Shown piece by piece: positions 18,426 through 28,544 of a stretch of 64,000 bases of DNA. This stretch comes from Pyrodictiaceae archaeon (GTDB lineage: Archaea > Thermoproteota > Thermoprotei_A > Sulfolobales > WANQ01): the NCBI GenBank assembly GCA_015521735.1, contig WANQ01000038.1, positions 30,705 through 94,704 on the forward strand, read 5' to 3'. A program made the position numbers and the translations under genes. Below the pieces are notes generated by a model, which saw only the letters and a program-made list of their open reading frames with translations, was not told where the DNA came from and did no database searches. Position 1 is the first letter of the stretch. Each line of letters begins with the position of its first letter.

Positions 18426-19462
18426 GCTATGAAGCTATCTTAGAGAAAGCCTTAACTGATAGTATAGATAAAAGAGAAGCATTAATTCTTCTAAGAAAAT
18501 CTCAGGACTATTCAAGACTAATGGATTTATTCAAGGTAGCAAGCAGGATAAGAGACAATGAGGTAGGACGAGTATATAAAATTGAAGGTTTTATCAGCCC
18601 CATAACCAAGTGTACAACTAAACCCCCATGCAGGTTCTGTAGAAGATCTACAGGTAGAGACTTTGAGCCATTGACTACTAGTGAACTTGAACTAGGGATT
18701 AAGCTACTAGCTGAGACTGGTTTAAAAAGAGTAGAGATAGGTGGAGGCACTGTATGGAGTGGTGCTGGTGAAATAGTTATCAAAGCTGTAGAGATTTGTA
18801 GAAGAATAGCACCCCACATATTGATTAGAATAAACGTTGGCCCCTCACTAAGTTTCAATGACTTGGTTAAGCTCAAGGAACTAGGAGTGTATGAGGTAAG
18901 TAGTAACTTTGAAACAATGAATCCCCAGGTCTTTAAGAAAGTAAAACCTGGCGATAGCCTTGAATCTAGGATAAAGCTAGCTAAGGCGATAGACGAGGTT
19001 GGATTAAAGCTTTCAACAACCATAATGGTTGGTATAGGAAGTAGCTATGAGGACTACATAGAACATATATTCTGGCTTAAGGAGAATATAAGGAATCTCT
19101 CAAGAGTCTCAATAACTATTCTAAGACCTATAAAAGGCACGCCTATGGAGAATCACCCAATGGGTTCAATAATTGAAGCATTGAAGCTGGGTGCTGTAGC
19201 TCGCATGGTACTTCGCAAGATAGACTTATCCTTCGGAGGAATAGCTAATGACATAAGATTACTGCCATTAAGAGTAATGGCTGGAGATAACCGTGAAGTA
19301 CATTTAAGTGTAATGGTTACTAAACGTAGATGGGATAAACCAGTATTATCGCCCTCGGAGGTTGTAGTCAAGAACATTAATGGTTTATGGTACTATAATG
19401 CTCTACCACTACTAACTAGAACGTTAAAGGAGCTTGGCATGATACCTGAAACAGAGTTATGA
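18404..19462 (+). CDS. Radical SAM protein, BioB/HydE/PylB-like, with a CX5CX2C cluster motif
   Basis: ITKCTTKPPCRFCRRS (C-x5-C-x2-C) followed by a TIM-barrel-like pattern NFETMNPQVFKKVKPGDSLESRIKLAKAIDEVGLKLSTTIMVGIGSSYED, resembling the BioB family. Overlaps the SBP gene by 22 nt. Confidence 0.6.
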   Translation: MARGESLSYEAILEKALTDSIDKREALILLRKSQDYSRLMDLFKVASRIRDNEVGRVYKIEGFISPITKCTTKPPCRFCRRSTGRDFEPLTTSELELGIKLLAETGLKRVEIGGGTVWSGAGEIVIKAVEICRRIAPHILIRINVGPSLSFNDLVKLKELGVYEVSSNFETMNPQVFKKVKPGDSLESRIKLAKAIDEVGLKLSTTIMVGIGSSYEDYIEHIFWLKENIRNLSRVSITILRPIKGTPMENHPMGSIIEALKLGAVARMVLRKIDLSFGGIANDIRLLPLRVMAGDNREVHLSVMVTKRRWDKPVLSPSEVVVKNINGLWYYNALPLLTRTLKELGMIPETEL

Positions 19463-19491
19463 GAAGGAGTAATTGAAGGGCTTATAGAGCC

Positions 19492-20556
19492 ATGTATGAT
19501 TTTTACTCTACGTTAACTCTTAGGAGACTTCTAGTTCTTCTAGCCCTATCACTAACATTGGCAGTATTATTCATTATATCGTTATCTTTAGGTACAGCTA
19601 CGCTTAAGCTAAATGAAGCATTAAATGTTCTCTACGCTATATTTAACCCAGAAGTAAGTGTCAATCCTTTAATAGCCAATATAGTTTTCAACATAAGGCT
19701 TCCACGCGTGCTAATAGCTATTATAGCTGGAGCATCTTTTGGAGTAGCTGGTACAGTGCTTCAAACTATACTTAGAAACCCATTAGCATCACCATACACT
19801 ATGGGGGTCTCAGCATCTTCGGCTTTTGGAGCAGCTGTAGCAATAATTCTAGGAGCAGGTATAGTAGGCTGGCATGGCACGTACATGATATACACTAATC
19901 CTTACGCAATAGTCGTTAACGCATTCTTCTTCGCCATGGTTTGTGTAGCGTTGATCTCAGCTCTAGCCTTCTATATAGGTGCTTCACCAGGAACAATAGT
20001 GTTATCTGGTATAGCAGTAACATACCTATTCTCAGCTGCAACATCACTTCTCCAATACTTTGGGACAACTGAGCAAGTTGCAGCTCTAGTCTTCTGGATT
20101 TTCGGAGATCTAGGTAAGGCTAATTGGCTAGATGTTGAAATAACACTAGTAGTATTCATTGCTTCAACTAGTACGCTAATAGTTCTCTCAAAAAACTTAG
20201 ACGCCATAATAGTAGGTGACGATGTAGCCTTAACCCTAGGCGTAAACGTGAAAACCACTAGAATAATAGTACTCGTACTAGCAGCCCTGCTAACTGCTAC
20301 TCCAACAGCCTTTACAGGAACTATAGGTTTCATAGGCTTACTAGCACCACACATATCAAGATTCATCATAGGCTCTAGCCATAGATATCTAATACCTTCC
20401 TCAGCGTTAACTGGGGCAATACTACTATTAGCAGCTGATACTACCTCAAGAACTATTCTTTCACCACTAATACTCCCAGTAGGAATACTAACAGCGTTTA
20501 TGGGGACACCATTATTCCTATACCTATTGTTTAGCAGAGGTAAAGGATATTGGTAG
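19492..20556 (+). CDS. ABC transporter permease, FecCD/BtuC family
   Basis: 354 aa, about 9-10 TM segments. RLPRVLIAIIAGASFGVAGTVLQ and TGTIGFIGLLAPHISR are typical FecCD motifs. Confidence 0.85.
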   Translation: MYDFYSTLTLRRLLVLLALSLTLAVLFIISLSLGTATLKLNEALNVLYAIFNPEVSVNPLIANIVFNIRLPRVLIAIIAGASFGVAGTVLQTILRNPLASPYTMGVSASSAFGAAVAIILGAGIVGWHGTYMIYTNPYAIVVNAFFFAMVCVALISALAFYIGASPGTIVLSGIAVTYLFSAATSLLQYFGTTEQVAALVFWIFGDLGKANWLDVEITLVVFIASTSTLIVLSKNLDAIIVGDDVALTLGVNVKTTRIIVLVLAALLTATPTAFTGTIGFIGLLAPHISRFIIGSSHRYLIPSSALTGAILLLAADTTSRTILSPLILPVGILTAFMGTPLFLYLLFSRGKGYW

Positions 20557-21314
20557 TACTCAAAATACTAAACCTAGAATTCAGGTACAATAGTGTAAAA
20601 GCACTAGAAAACATAGAGCTCACTGTAAACGAAGGTGAACTAGTATCAATAATTGGCCCTAATGGAGCAGGTAAGACAACACTACTTAAATGCATTGCAA
20701 GAATACTTAAACCTAGTCAAGGCACCATACTATTAGAAAACAAGCTATTAAACAAGTTCTCCCCTAAAGAATTAGCACGAAGAATATCCTACCTACCACA
20801 AATAGAAGAACCTAAATACCCATTAACAGTACTTGAAATGGTATTAATCGGCCGAACACCCTACACATCATTTAAGCCTACGAAAGAAGACTTAGAGAAA
20901 GTTTATACTATCCTAAAACAACTAGGAATAGAACACCTGACACATAGAAAGGTAAATGAGCTAAGCGGTGGTGAATACAGGAAAATAATGCTAGCTAGAG
21001 CACTAGCACAGCAACCCAAAATACTATTACTCGATGAACCAGTAAATCATTTAGACCTTAAACACCAACTCGAAGTATTATCTCTACTTAGAAAACTAGC
21101 ATTAGAAAAGCATATAACGATAATAATGGCCATACATGACTTAAACCTAGCATTAAGGTTTTCAGATAAAGTAATAGCGTTAAGGAAGGGTAAAATAGTG
21201 TTTTGCGGAAAACCATTAGAGCTTTCAATTAAAATAATAGAGGAGGTCTACGGTATTAAGGCTAAAATGATACTATTAGATGATGGAACACCCATAATAA
21301 TACCATATACGTAG
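20550..21314 (+). CDS. ABC transporter ATP-binding protein (FepC/BtuD-like)
   Basis: Walker A GPNGAGKTT, signature LSGGEYRK, Walker B ILLLDEP. Confidence 0.9.
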   Translation: MVVLKILNLEFRYNSVKALENIELTVNEGELVSIIGPNGAGKTTLLKCIARILKPSQGTILLENKLLNKFSPKELARRISYLPQIEEPKYPLTVLEMVLIGRTPYTSFKPTKEDLEKVYTILKQLGIEHLTHRKVNELSGGEYRKIMLARALAQQPKILLLDEPVNHLDLKHQLEVLSLLRKLALEKHITIIMAIHDLNLALRFSDKVIALRKGKIVFCGKPLELSIKIIEEVYGIKAKMILLDDGTPIIIPYT

Positions 21315-21419
21315 GTATGGTTGTGTAGAGGTTGCAGTAAGCCTTGTTAAACATGGACTATATAGTGAAAAGCTTATTACATGTACAAGTAATATCCACT
21401 TCTTAGATGATATTCTTAG

Positions 21420-21782
21420 ATGATAACCTTGTTGTTGAGTAGGTTTATTAAACGAGTAGTGGTTTTAGCCATAGTCATTCTAGCATTATCATTTATCATA
21501 GGCTTAATATTCACTGGATTCAATATCCAAAGAGTTATAAGAAGTCTAGACACATACACCTTGATGGTGTCACTGCTAGCAATAATAGGTAAGGCTTTAG
21601 GAGCACTAGCACCATCAGCAAGACTAACAGCATCGTCAATAGTAGCGCCTAGTGCAGCAGAATATGCTCATAGAGCAGCAAGACAAGTGGTTGAGGACTC
21701 ATTACTGTCATGGATAATACTGCTAATAGCATCATCATTAGCCTACGGTATATCACTTGCTTTAAAGAATACATTGTTTTAA
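21420..21782 (+). CDS. Small membrane protein, hypothetical
   Basis: 120 aa with hydrophobic N- and C-terminal segments. No family recognised. Confidence 0.4.
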   Translation: MITLLLSRFIKRVVVLAIVILALSFIIGLIFTGFNIQRVIRSLDTYTLMVSLLAIIGKALGALAPSARLTASSIVAPSAAEYAHRAARQVVEDSLLSWIILLIASSLAYGISLALKNTLF

Positions 21783-21843
21783 GGTAGCATATCAATATTC
21801 TTAGCCCACCAATTACCTTGTAATAATATTAGTGTCTAAATCG

Positions 21844-23091
21844 TTAAGGAGTTGTTGTAGAATATAATTCATCTAGTATTCTTAGGTATCTTTCTACGTG
21901 TTTTGTAATTATGAAGTTTTTCTTTACGTGTGTAATACCGTTTTCACCCATTCTACGTCTTAGTTCAGGATTCCTTATTAGGTGAATTACTGCTTTACTA
22001 GCTTCTTCAGGGTTGTTTACGAGATAGCCTGTTACATTATCAATTACCTGGAGCTTTATACCACCACTAGGCCTAGCAACTACTGGTTTACCTTTCCATA
22101 AAGCCTCCGTAACAGCAAGCCCAAAGCCTTCTCTAATGGAGAGTTGTAGAACTATTGTTGCAGCTCTCTGAAATGCATTAACCTCTAAAGCTCCAACGCC
22201 CTCCAGGTTTGTTAGTATATGTATGTCTGGGTCATTGCCTGCATATTCCTTGACTTTCAATAAGTATTCCTGGCCTTCAGGGTCGTCGTGTGCAAGTGAT
22301 CCTACAAGTAGTAGTTGAACTCTACCTATCCTCTTCTTCACTAATCTATACGTGTCAATTGCTCCAAAAGGATCCTTCCAAGGATCAAATCTACCTACCT
22401 GAAGTAGTATTGGTTTCTCCGGGTCCACTCCATACCTATTTAGAACCTTATGTATAAGTGAGGAAGGTATTTCCTTGTTCTTATCACTTAAAGGATCTAT
22501 TGAAGGGGGCATTACGTATTTTCTAGGAGTTGGTATTGACTCATGTATGAATTCTCTCATATGAAATACGGAGGCATTGTATTTTCTGAGAAACTCTACA
22601 ATGACCTTTAATACGTTTTCATTAGGTGAACTTAAGTCTATATGGCATCTCCAAATCCACTTCCTATTATCATTTACAAAAGAACGTATCGGTAATGGCT
22701 GGGGATCATGTACGATAACCGTATCGGATCTTAAGAGTAGCTTGCTTTCCGCATTAATTCTATTAACATTAATATATAGTGATAGTTCATCTCTACTTAA
22801 CGTAATATCCTTACGGCCTTGTAGTGCGTTATGGATCTTTTTAGTAATGTTGAAGAACTCTATAGGTGCTTCAATAACCTCCCATTCGGTTTTAATTCCA
22901 AGAGAGTTCATTAAGGGAACAAGTGAGTATAGTATTTCAGCAACACCACCACCAAAAGACGTTGAGTTAACATGCGTTACACTGTGGCCCCTCAGCTTTT
23001 CTGAATAACTTATAAGCCTAGCTACTTCGTCCTCACCAATAATTCTAGTATACTCGTATATGCTTCTTGATGGAAGATCTGAGATTAACAT
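21844..23091 (-). CDS. treT: GT4 glycosyltransferase, TreT-like trehalose glycosyltransferring synthase
   Basis: 415 aa. NSTSFGGGVAEIL N-terminal motif and GT-B C-terminal EGFGLAVTEALWKGKPVVA. Synteny with a TrmB-like regulator and a sugar ABC transporter, as in the Thermococcales trehalose/maltose cluster. Confidence 0.6.
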   Translation of the reverse strand: MLISDLPSRSIYEYTRIIGEDEVARLISYSEKLRGHSVTHVNSTSFGGGVAEILYSLVPLMNSLGIKTEWEVIEAPIEFFNITKKIHNALQGRKDITLSRDELSLYINVNRINAESKLLLRSDTVIVHDPQPLPIRSFVNDNRKWIWRCHIDLSSPNENVLKVIVEFLRKYNASVFHMREFIHESIPTPRKYVMPPSIDPLSDKNKEIPSSLIHKVLNRYGVDPEKPILLQVGRFDPWKDPFGAIDTYRLVKKRIGRVQLLLVGSLAHDDPEGQEYLLKVKEYAGNDPDIHILTNLEGVGALEVNAFQRAATIVLQLSIREGFGLAVTEALWKGKPVVARPSGGIKLQVIDNVTGYLVNNPEEASKAVIHLIRNPELRRRMGENGITHVKKNFIITKHVERYLRILDELYSTTTP

Positions 23092-23146
23092 TAATACCTC
23101 CTAATACATACCTAAACGTGTGAGCTTATTTTACTTAACTATTTTC

Positions 23147-23160
23147 TCACCTATAGGTGA
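23147..23160. promoter_or_regulatory. Perfect 14-bp palindrome TCACCTATAGGTGA (TCAC-N6-GTGA), candidate TrmB-family operator
   Basis: Self-complementary sequence in the divergent treT-like/trmB-like intergenic region. The same TCAC-N6-GTGA architecture recurs at 24271-24284. Confidence 0.5.
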
Positions 23161-24221
23161 AAAAGGTGAAGACCGAGGAGAGGAACAAGGAGTATGAAGA
23201 TGTGTTGAAATTCCTTGAGATGATAGGAATTAAAGGCTATGAAAGCAGAGCTTACCTAGCATTACTAAGCCTTGGTGAGGCTACAGCTTCACAAGTAGCA
23301 TCTAAGGCTAAAATACCCTTAACAAGAGTTTACGAAGTACTAGAGTCCCTGGTAAACAAGGGTTTAGCTGAAGTTAGAGTTGGAAGACCTAAAGCGTATA
23401 GAGCTATACATCCAAGTATAGCCTTAAACCTCTATCTTAGAAGCTACATAGACGGTATTGTTAGTGAAGGAAGAAGAATAATAAGTAAGCTAAGCAGTCT
23501 CTATAAGACCTCGCGTGAAGAAGGACTATCAATATGGATATCAGGTAGTTTTAGTGCTAGTATTGAGAAAGCTAGAGAATTAATAAATAAGCTAAGCATC
23601 GATGGATTTATGGCTGCTTCAGATGAAATACTGAATAAGCTTGTAGATACATTATACGTTAAACTAATATCAAGCGAATCTTCATTATTCACCATAACAT
23701 TAACATTTGAGCCACACCTATCAAAGAGTATAGAAAAACTTGAGAAAATACCTAACTTAGATATTAGGGTTCTACCTACAAGTGTCTTAAGGGCAATTGA
23801 AGTTGATTTCTCGAAAGCATTAATCTTTGGGAGATCATATGCTTTATTCACAACAGAGCATGAACTAATAATGATACTAAACGAGTCATTCTATCATGGT
23901 AATTGGAGATTAGCTAAGAGATTCAAAGGATTCGATGTAAAGAAAGGTATAACTTATAAGTCAAGACATCATTGGCTAATTCTTGAATTAATAAACGATG
24001 GATTAAAGCTAGGCCTTAATGTTAGGGCTAAGATAGTGGGTGTAAATGTTAGGGATAGAAGGAATATTACGGTTGAAGGATACGTATGTAATGTAAATAC
24101 TGAAGACTTTATAAGAAACTTCACTATAGAGTTAAGTAATGGAGAGAAACTTGTTATTGGAGGAATAAATGCTTCAATAGAAGATGTTGAAGCTAGATAC
24201 ATTGAGGTTGTCTTTGAGTGA
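23157..24221 (+). CDS. TrmB-family sugar-sensing transcriptional regulator
   Basis: N-terminal wHTH GIKGYESRAYLALLSLGEATASQVASKAKIPLTRVYEVLESLVNKGL plus a long C-terminal effector domain. The true start may be further downstream (GTG 23202 or ATG 23220). Confidence 0.8.
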   Translation: MKKVKTEERNKEYEDVLKFLEMIGIKGYESRAYLALLSLGEATASQVASKAKIPLTRVYEVLESLVNKGLAEVRVGRPKAYRAIHPSIALNLYLRSYIDGIVSEGRRIISKLSSLYKTSREEGLSIWISGSFSASIEKARELINKLSIDGFMAASDEILNKLVDTLYVKLISSESSLFTITLTFEPHLSKSIEKLEKIPNLDIRVLPTSVLRAIEVDFSKALIFGRSYALFTTEHELIMILNESFYHGNWRLAKRFKGFDVKKGITYKSRHHWLILELINDGLKLGLNVRAKIVGVNVRDRRNITVEGYVCNVNTEDFIRNFTIELSNGEKLVIGGINASIEDVEARYIEVVFE

Positions 24222-24270
24222 GAAATGATTTCAAATAGTATAAACTTTATTAGGTACTAATACGAATTCT

Positions 24271-24284
24271 TCACTGACAGGTGA
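24271..24284. promoter_or_regulatory. TCACTGACAGGTGA (TCAC-N6-GTGA), second candidate operator, upstream of the sugar-binding protein gene
   Basis: Shares TCAC..AGGTGAAAAA with the site at 23147. An AT-rich TATA-like AAATATAT follows, and the ATG at 24310 suggests a near-leaderless mRNA. Confidence 0.45.
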
Positions 24285-24309
24285 AAAATATATTTCTCCT
24301 GGTGATACC

Positions 24310-25611
24310 ATGGAGATTCAAACCAAGCTCATTATAGCTATTATAATAGCCTTTGTAATAGGTGTAGTTGTAGGATATGGAGTAGGGCTAATGCAAGCAC
24401 CTTCACAGCCAGCTCAGACAGTTACAGTTACTACAACTATTACACAGACAACAACTGCACCAGCAACTACTGTAACAACAGCTCCAGTAACATTAACAGT
24501 TGTAGGTCCTTGGGCTGGCGACGAGATGAAAGCGTTCATGGAGGTTCTCAAGGAGTTTGAGAGAACACATCCCAACATAAAGGTTGAGTATAGAATATAC
24601 CGTGCCGAAGACCTAGCCTCCATAGCACCACCACAGTTTGCAGCAAACATGACGCCTGGCGACGTAATTTTCACTGCTTGGGGTTGGTGGGTTAAGAAAA
24701 TGGGAGAAGAAGGCCACTTATATGACCTAAGTAATCTAGTAAACACGGATGAATACGTTAAGGGAATATTTGATCCAGTAACATCTAATGGAAAAATCTA
24801 TGGCCTACCATTTACTGCATGGGCTAAACCAGGATTCTGGTATCGGAAGTCTTTCTTCGAGAAATATGGGCTTGAACCACCTAAGACTTGGGATGACTTC
24901 CTTAAACTACTTGATAAGCTTAAGGAAATACTTAATGGGCCACCCATAGTTACAGGAGATAATGTAGGTTGGCCTATAAGTGATGTAACAGAGCACTTTA
25001 TAATAACCTTTGGAGGACCAGAACTTCAGTTAAAGTTAATTAAAGGCGAAGTAAAGTTCACGGACCCACAGGTAAGAGAGATATTCGAGAAATACCTAGT
25101 ACCATTACTTGAGAAGGGATACTTTAGCGAACCCATAGAGTGGACTAGAGCATTAGAATTGTGGTGGAAAGGCAAGTATGCACTATATTTCATGGGGACA
25201 TGGATTACTGGTATGGTTGACGATCCAGACGATTTAGGGTTCTTCCCACTTCCAGGATGTAAGGGTGTAGTAATGGGAACTGACTACATAATAGTTCCTA
25301 AGTACACTAAGTATCCTAAGGAAGCATTAGAGCTAGCAAAGTGGCTAGCTACAGAGGGTCAAAGAGTACACGTCGGTACTAGAGCAGGAAAATTTGCTAC
25401 ATGGCTTAAAGTAGGTATTGAAGACCACTGGAAGCCTATGCAAGAAGTCTACGCTAAACTTAAAGACAAAACACCACTACCAGATCTCGACGACACTGTA
25501 GGTGGTGACTGGCAGAAACTCTTCTGGGATCAACTAAAGCTATTATGGGTTGACCCCGGTAAGCTAGATCAAGTATTAAAGACTCTAGCAGAGAACTTCC
25601 CCAAGAAATAG
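24310..25611 (+). CDS. Sugar ABC transporter substrate-binding protein (CUT1, MalE/TMBP-like)
   Basis: N-terminal TM anchor followed by a Thr-rich linker (TVTVTTTITQTTTAPATTVTT) typical of archaeal binding proteins. 433 aa. Confidence 0.8.
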   Translation: MEIQTKLIIAIIIAFVIGVVVGYGVGLMQAPSQPAQTVTVTTTITQTTTAPATTVTTAPVTLTVVGPWAGDEMKAFMEVLKEFERTHPNIKVEYRIYRAEDLASIAPPQFAANMTPGDVIFTAWGWWVKKMGEEGHLYDLSNLVNTDEYVKGIFDPVTSNGKIYGLPFTAWAKPGFWYRKSFFEKYGLEPPKTWDDFLKLLDKLKEILNGPPIVTGDNVGWPISDVTEHFIITFGGPELQLKLIKGEVKFTDPQVREIFEKYLVPLLEKGYFSEPIEWTRALELWWKGKYALYFMGTWITGMVDDPDDLGFFPLPGCKGVVMGTDYIIVPKYTKYPKEALELAKWLATEGQRVHVGTRAGKFATWLKVGIEDHWKPMQEVYAKLKDKTPLPDLDDTVGGDWQKLFWDQLKLLWVDPGKLDQVLKTLAENFPKK

Positions 25612-25626
25612 GCATAGGTTAAGGAA

Positions 25627-26553
25627 ATGGTTGTTAAGGTAAAAACTCCCTTAACAACTAAAGTAACTTTTTTACTTCCGGCATCACTCTTAGTTTTAAC
25701 CTTTGTTGTATACCCTATAATAGCAACTATAATGTTAAGCTTCAACATTAACCCTATACCTAATGTAAACGTAGTTGGCGACAGAAAACCTGGACTAGAA
25801 AACTATGTAAAGGTGCTAACTAATTTCAAGTTCATAAACATTGAGGGCTTGAAGTCATTTTCATTTCCTATGGGTGCAATAATACACAACATAATATGGA
25901 TTGCAATACACTTACCCTTAACGTTGATTACTGGGCTACTACTAGCTATTCTACTACAAAACGTTAAAGGAGGTACTATTATTAGATCATTCATATTCCT
26001 TGGAATGGTTATACCCATGATTGTTGGAGGCCTATTAATACAGTTTTCATTTGATAGAGACTTAGGTGTTGTAAACCTATTCTTGAAAATCATGGGTCTA
26101 GGGTTCATAGCAAGGAGTTGGACTATCTATCCAGACACAGCGTTATTCTCGTTAATCCTAGGCTCAGTGTGGTTGTGGACTGGGTTTACAGTAACTATGT
26201 ATTCTGCAGGCTTAGCATCTATTCCTAAGGAGGTTATAGAGGCAGCGATAGTTGATGGAGCTGACTTTAAGACCATATTGTTTAAGATTATAATACCGTT
26301 GCTTAGGCCTGTTACAATAACAGTAGTTGCAATGACCATACTATGGGACTTAAAGATATTTGACATAGTCTATGCTTCAACACAGGGAGGTCCTGGTGGA
26401 GCATCAATGGTTTTAGCATTGCTGATGTATGATTTCTTTGCTCGACTACAAGATTATCCTCTCTCAGCTACAGTTGCAGTAATACTCACTGTAGTAACCT
26501 TACCAGTTGTAGCATTATGGATTAAAGCCACGTTAAGAGGAGGTAAGACGTAA
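25627..26553 (+). CDS. Sugar ABC transporter permease (MalF-like)
   Basis: 308 aa, six TM segments. EAAIVDGADFKTILFKIIIPLLRP is the EAA loop. Confidence 0.85.
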   Translation: MVVKVKTPLTTKVTFLLPASLLVLTFVVYPIIATIMLSFNINPIPNVNVVGDRKPGLENYVKVLTNFKFINIEGLKSFSFPMGAIIHNIIWIAIHLPLTLITGLLLAILLQNVKGGTIIRSFIFLGMVIPMIVGGLLIQFSFDRDLGVVNLFLKIMGLGFIARSWTIYPDTALFSLILGSVWLWTGFTVTMYSAGLASIPKEVIEAAIVDGADFKTILFKIIIPLLRPVTITVVAMTILWDLKIFDIVYASTQGGPGGASMVLALLMYDFFARLQDYPLSATVAVILTVVTLPVVALWIKATLRGGKT

Positions 26554-27416
26554 TGGGCGATATTACAACGCAGAGATTAATGTTTAAGTCACCTATTAAA
26601 TGGCTAGTAATTAATGCTATAGCATGGATAATAGGAGTATTGTGGATAACACCATTTATAGGCATATTCATGACATCAATAAGACCCTTTAGTGAAGTTG
26701 TAAGTGGTTGGTGGACTATACATCCATTTACGGTAACATTTGAGAACTATTTTGAAGCTCTCTTCAACCCTATGTTCTCCTTGTATAAGGGGCTCATAAA
26801 CTCATTGATAATAGCTGTACCCAGTACACTCATACCAGTATTCTTAGCATCACTTGCAGCTTACGCTTTCGCTAGATTCAGTTTACCCATTAAGAACTAC
26901 TTGTTCGCTACGATACTATTCCTCATGGCTGTACCCCAGCAAATGACCATAATACCCATATTCTTCATGCTCAACAACATGCATTTACTGAACACATACT
27001 TGGGATTAATCCTAGTACACTCTTCATGGGGTATACCGTGGATAATATTCTTCCTAAGAAACTATTTCTCACTACTACCAGTAGAACTTGAAGAAGCAGC
27101 TAAAGTTGATGGAGCATCATATAGGCAAATATACTTCAAAATAGTACTACCCGTAGCTCTTCCTGGTATAGTCTCGGCTGCAGTACTTCAGTTTGCATGG
27201 GTTTGGAATGACTTCTTCTTCGCATTAATGCTTATATTCGATCCCGATAAAATGGTTGTAACACAAATGCTACCTAGACTAAAAGGACAATACCAGGTTG
27301 ACTGGGGTCTACTATCTGCAGGCTCGGTTATAGCTATGATAGTACCCATACTCGTCTACGCATTATTTAATAGATACTATGTTAGCGGGTTCAGAGGCTG
27401 GGCTATGAAGAGGTGA
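26553..27416 (+). CDS. Sugar ABC transporter permease (MalG-like)
   Basis: EAA loop EEAAKVDGASYRQIYFKIVLPVALPG. 287 aa. Confidence 0.85.
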   Translation: MGDITTQRLMFKSPIKWLVINAIAWIIGVLWITPFIGIFMTSIRPFSEVVSGWWTIHPFTVTFENYFEALFNPMFSLYKGLINSLIIAVPSTLIPVFLASLAAYAFARFSLPIKNYLFATILFLMAVPQQMTIIPIFFMLNNMHLLNTYLGLILVHSSWGIPWIIFFLRNYFSLLPVELEEAAKVDGASYRQIYFKIVLPVALPGIVSAAVLQFAWVWNDFFFALMLIFDPDKMVVTQMLPRLKGQYQVDWGLLSAGSVIAMIVPILVYALFNRYYVSGFRGWAMKR

Positions 27417-27421
27417 TACTT

Positions 27422-28498
27422 ATGGCTGTTGAAGTAGTTATTGAAAACCTAAGCAAAGTATTCCCACCTAACGTAAAGGCACTAGAAAACGTTTCATTCA
27501 AGATTAAGCCCAAGGAATTCTTCGTCATTCTAGGCCCATCGGGATCAGGTAAGACAACACTACTTAGAATAATAGCTGGCCTTGAGGTCCCAACTAAAGG
27601 TAGAGTAATCATAGGTGATAGAGTAGTTGTAGATGCTGAAAAAGGCATATACGTTGAACCTAAGGACCGTAATATAGGAATGGTATTCCAAAACTGGGCA
27701 CTATACCCACACATGACAGCTTATGAGAACATAGCCTTCCCGCTAAGAATAAAAAGACTACCAAAGGATGAAATTGACCGGCGTGTTAAGGAAGTGGCAG
27801 AAGCACTAGGGATAATAGATCTATTGAATAGAAAGCCAGCTCACATGTCTGGAGGGCAACAACAACGTGTAGCATTAGCTAGAGCACTTGCTAAGCAACC
27901 AGACGTACTATTACTCGATGAGCCCTTTAGCAACCTTGACGCTAGGATAAGAGTTACTGCAAGAGAATTTGTTAGAGAAATACAGAAGAAGCTAGGTATA
28001 ACAACAATACTGGTAACTCACGACCAAGCAGATGCTTTTGCAGTAGGAGATAGAGTAATGGTGCTAAGGAATGGTGTGATACAGCAAATAGGCAAACCCA
28101 AGGAACTATACGATGAACCACGGAACTTATTTGTAGCAAACTTCATAGGAGACCCACCAATGAACATAGTTAAAGTGAACACAAGCAATGAAATAATACA
28201 TAGACTAGACATAACAGAACACATAGGCTCAGTCAAACAACTCAAGTACTTGTACATAGGCATTAGACCCGATGAAGCACAAGCAATAACAAGTAGAGAA
28301 GGCATGCTAAAAGGCTATGTAAGACTAATCGAGTACGCTGGCTCAAGAAAATACGCTAAAGTAGAAGTAACTCCCAACATAACGTTAAAGGTTTTAGCCA
28401 GCGAAGACGTTGAAGAAGACACCACAGTAGACATTGAAGTTAAGAAAGTACACGTATTCAACGAAAACGGAGAAAGAATAAAGACAATCACTTATTAA
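27422..28498 (+). CDS. Sugar ABC transporter ATPase (MalK-like)
   Basis: Walker A GPSGSGKTT, signature MSGGQQQRVALARAL, Walker B LLLDEPFSNLD, plus a C-terminal regulatory domain. ATG at 27422 preferred to GTG 27413. Confidence 0.9.
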   Translation: MAVEVVIENLSKVFPPNVKALENVSFKIKPKEFFVILGPSGSGKTTLLRIIAGLEVPTKGRVIIGDRVVVDAEKGIYVEPKDRNIGMVFQNWALYPHMTAYENIAFPLRIKRLPKDEIDRRVKEVAEALGIIDLLNRKPAHMSGGQQQRVALARALAKQPDVLLLDEPFSNLDARIRVTAREFVREIQKKLGITTILVTHDQADAFAVGDRVMVLRNGVIQQIGKPKELYDEPRNLFVANFIGDPPMNIVKVNTSNEIIHRLDITEHIGSVKQLKYLYIGIRPDEAQAITSREGMLKGYVRLIEYAGSRKYAKVEVTPNITLKVLASEDVEEDTTVDIEVKKVHVFNENGERIKTITY

Positions 28499-28544
28499 AC
28501 CCAAGACCATTTAAGCACTTCTTAACTTAAGCTTACTTCACCAA

